NCBI GenBank assembly: GCA_013265495.1
Contig: MU063499.1
Coordinates: 1,674,001 to 1,738,000, forward strand
From: Vicugna vicugna
Taxonomy: Eukaryota
Length of the DNA stretch: 64,000 nt
Direction of reading: 5' to 3'
The stretch's first letter is position 1. Every line of letters starts with the position of its first letter. The notes under the pieces were generated by a model that saw only the letters and a list, made by a program, of their open reading frames with translations, did not search any database and was not told the DNA's origin. Shown here in pieces: positions 61,916 through 64,000 of this stretch. The position numbers and the translations under genes were made by a program.

Positions 61916-63565
61916 TGCTCCTGTGGAAGGAGCGGGTGTGTCCAGAGTTCTTCCTGCTGCAGTAAGGGCCAGAGAGAGAGTGCTTCTGGGACTCATGTCT
62001 ACATGGGCTCATGGCCAAGGGGGAGTTGGAGGAGGGGGATGGGACTAGGGAGGAGCCCCCAAGGAGAAAATTCATCAAATCTATACATTTAACTCCTCAC
62101 CAGGATTCTGTAAGATAAGAATTCATGACTGGCTCAAGTTATGCAGGGTGCCTGGCTCTGGAACCACCTATATGTAGCAGGACACCAGTGTCCCCTGCAA
62201 ACCCAGTAGGTGCCACCTAGCAGCTCTTCCCGCTCAGGTCAGGTGATTCCAGGTTCAGTCCTCCCATGGCAGCCTCCCAGTCAAGGCCAGCCTGGCCTTG
62301 GTGCAGATGTCATGGCCTCTGAGTGGTGGAGAATGCAGTGCTCCCACCGCCTGCTGCTGCAGGTCCTGCCAGAGAATTATGATAATGAACTAGGTCCCTA
62401 GGCTGCCCCACCATCCTCCTGCAGGGCTCAAAGGACCTCTCAGTCACAGCCCCACCTCACAGCCCCCGCCCAGGCACTGAATCTCAGCCCTTCTCAACCC
62501 CAGGCCTGGCCTCTAGGGGATGCGCTGGGGGTGCCCTTCTCTGTGACTTGTTGGGGATGGGTGGGTAGCAGGCCTGGGGCTGTGATCAGTCAGATCCAAG
62601 GAGTGACCTGAGGACATGAGGGGAGAGGCAAGGGAGAGGAGAGTCTTGGCCAGTTAGGGTTCTCCATTCTTCTGAAGGCAAACAGGTTCTGAGTGGTTAA
62701 AAGTCTGCCCCAAGGTCACCCAACCAGAAAGGGAGAACCTTACTTCTCTGTGCCAGCCCTGACATGCTCCCCGGTCCCCTCAGCCAGACTTCAAGGCCAC
62801 TGCTGACCCTGGGACCCTGTGATACGAATACTTATGGCAGCTCCCTGGAAGTGTGACTAGGCCCCAACCCAGTCTCAGAATAGGGTCACAACCCTCATGG
62901 CCTTCCTGGGGGCCCTGCAGCTTCTTTTTATTCTCTAAATAGGGTAACTATGGCTCCAATGGGCCAGATGTGTGCTCAGGATGCACAGCTGTGCACCGGT
63001 GGTAGGATCACACCAAGTGGCCTGACACTGGAGCAGGCCCCGTACCTCAGCTGTGGGACAGGGATCTGAGGGAGAGGCCCTGTAGGAAAGGACTGGCCTG
63101 AAGGAGAGACAGAAGTCCTGACCAGAAGTTGTCTGTCCACCAACAAGGGACTCAGCAAGCAGGGCCTGGCATTTTGCTCTCCCTTCTCCCCCTTAGCCCT
63201 TCATACCCCTGGCTGCTCACTCACACCTAACATCCCGCTTTCACCTGTGTCCCCACGCCTGCACAATGCCCTTCTCCCCAGGCACACACTCCCCTTTTTT
63301 CCCTACTCTTTCTGGTTGTCAACACTGTGCCTGTCCCTGGGCTGGACGCTAGGTACTGAAGAGGCTGCACCAGATCTGGGCCTGTCCTGGCAGATCCCTT
63401 AGAAGGGCCCTCCAGACTCAGTGTCAAGATAGGGGAGTCTAAGGGGACACCCGCAATCAGAGAGGGCTTACTGGGGGCAAGGACCCCGGCTGAGGCCTCA
63501 GCACCACATTCCCTTACCTAGGTCACAGCCCTGTCTCTGAGCCTCTCCCTGGAGTGGCCAAGAGG

Positions 63566-63670
63566 TTCCAGGAAGCGTCCCCTCGCTCTGCAGAGCCAAT
63601 TCCAAGAACTGAGGCTCCTGGCAGCTCTTGCCCAGGATCCTTTCCTGGAACACAGGCCTCACCCCGCCCC
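63566..63670. promoter_or_regulatory. Cluster of three GAS (STAT5/STAT3-type) motifs plus a GC box; candidate cytokine-responsive enhancer
   Basis: TTCCAGGAA 63566-63574, TTCCAAGAA 63600-63608, TTCCTGGAA 63642-63650, CCCCGCCCC 63662-63670. Confidence 0.7.
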
Positions 63671-64000
63671 GGCTGCTGGGTCTTATTGGGCAGCTGGTGG
63701 AGGAAGGGAGGGAAGGGGTGCCCTGGGCGGGGCCTCTGGGGTCCAGACACTGAGAGGTGGGCTTAGGCTGTCAGTCTGGAGGGGGTGGCCACACTAGGGT
63801 GGAGGCGGAGGTCAATGTGTGTGAAGGCATTCTGACTCCCTGCCAACAATGGGGGTGGGGGTAGGCCCAGTGTGTTCAGCTCAGAGCCTCCCTGCACACA
63901 CAGGAGACTCACCCTTTAGGCTCAGAACTTGGGCCCAACTTGCTCCATTCCACCCTCCATCCCTCCACCACCACCCCGAAGTCCCATCTAGCAGGCAAAT

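Noticed and set aside
63498-63507. REST/RE1 left half-site TCAGCACCAC
   Set aside because: The right half (GGACAG) is absent.
49000-64000. CISH coding exons
   Set aside because: No SH2 or SOCS-box peptide (e.g. SGWYWG, LQHLCR) is present; the gene lies beyond the window end.

Overview
GC-rich eutherian mammal genomic DNA with three N gaps (350-609, 7606-7745, 10551-10802). It is recognisably orthologous to the human 3p21.31 interval CACNA2D2 - C3orf18 - HEMK1 - CISH; the synteny is from recall. Two complete spliced genes lie head-to-head. C3orf18 (minus strand) has 4 coding exons, 35497->30401, 162 aa. HEMK1 (plus strand) has 10 coding exons, 40206->48679, 352 aa, with the GCGSG and NPPY motifs intact. 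No coding exon of CACNA2D2 or CISH is in the window. The rest is non-coding: an orphan CpG island at ~7.2-8.0 kb, several candidate enhancers, CTCF motifs and ancient repeats (MIR, L2, L1M, MLT1, LTR16-like, MER39-like, hAT relics). I saw no young SINEs. I found no novel multi-gene system, CRISPR array or RNA gene. The most notable observations are: (1) three STAT5-type GAS sites within 85 bp at 63.57-63.65 kb, toward the CISH side; (2) relative to the recalled human sequence, HEMK1 has lost Met1 (ATG>AGG) and its stop (TAG>CAG, 19-aa tail), has an in-frame uORF ending in UGA-C, and has an atypical ACA/GTTAAGT donor; (3) a divergent CTCF pair at 24.3/25.8 kb that looks like a boundary; (4) chained uORFs in the C3orf18 leader plus an internal donor predicting a TM-less 87-aa isoform; (5) homeodomain-site palindromes at 20.7 and 21.3 kb. 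All comparisons to human or mouse, and all repeat family names, are from memory and need alignment or Dfam checks.
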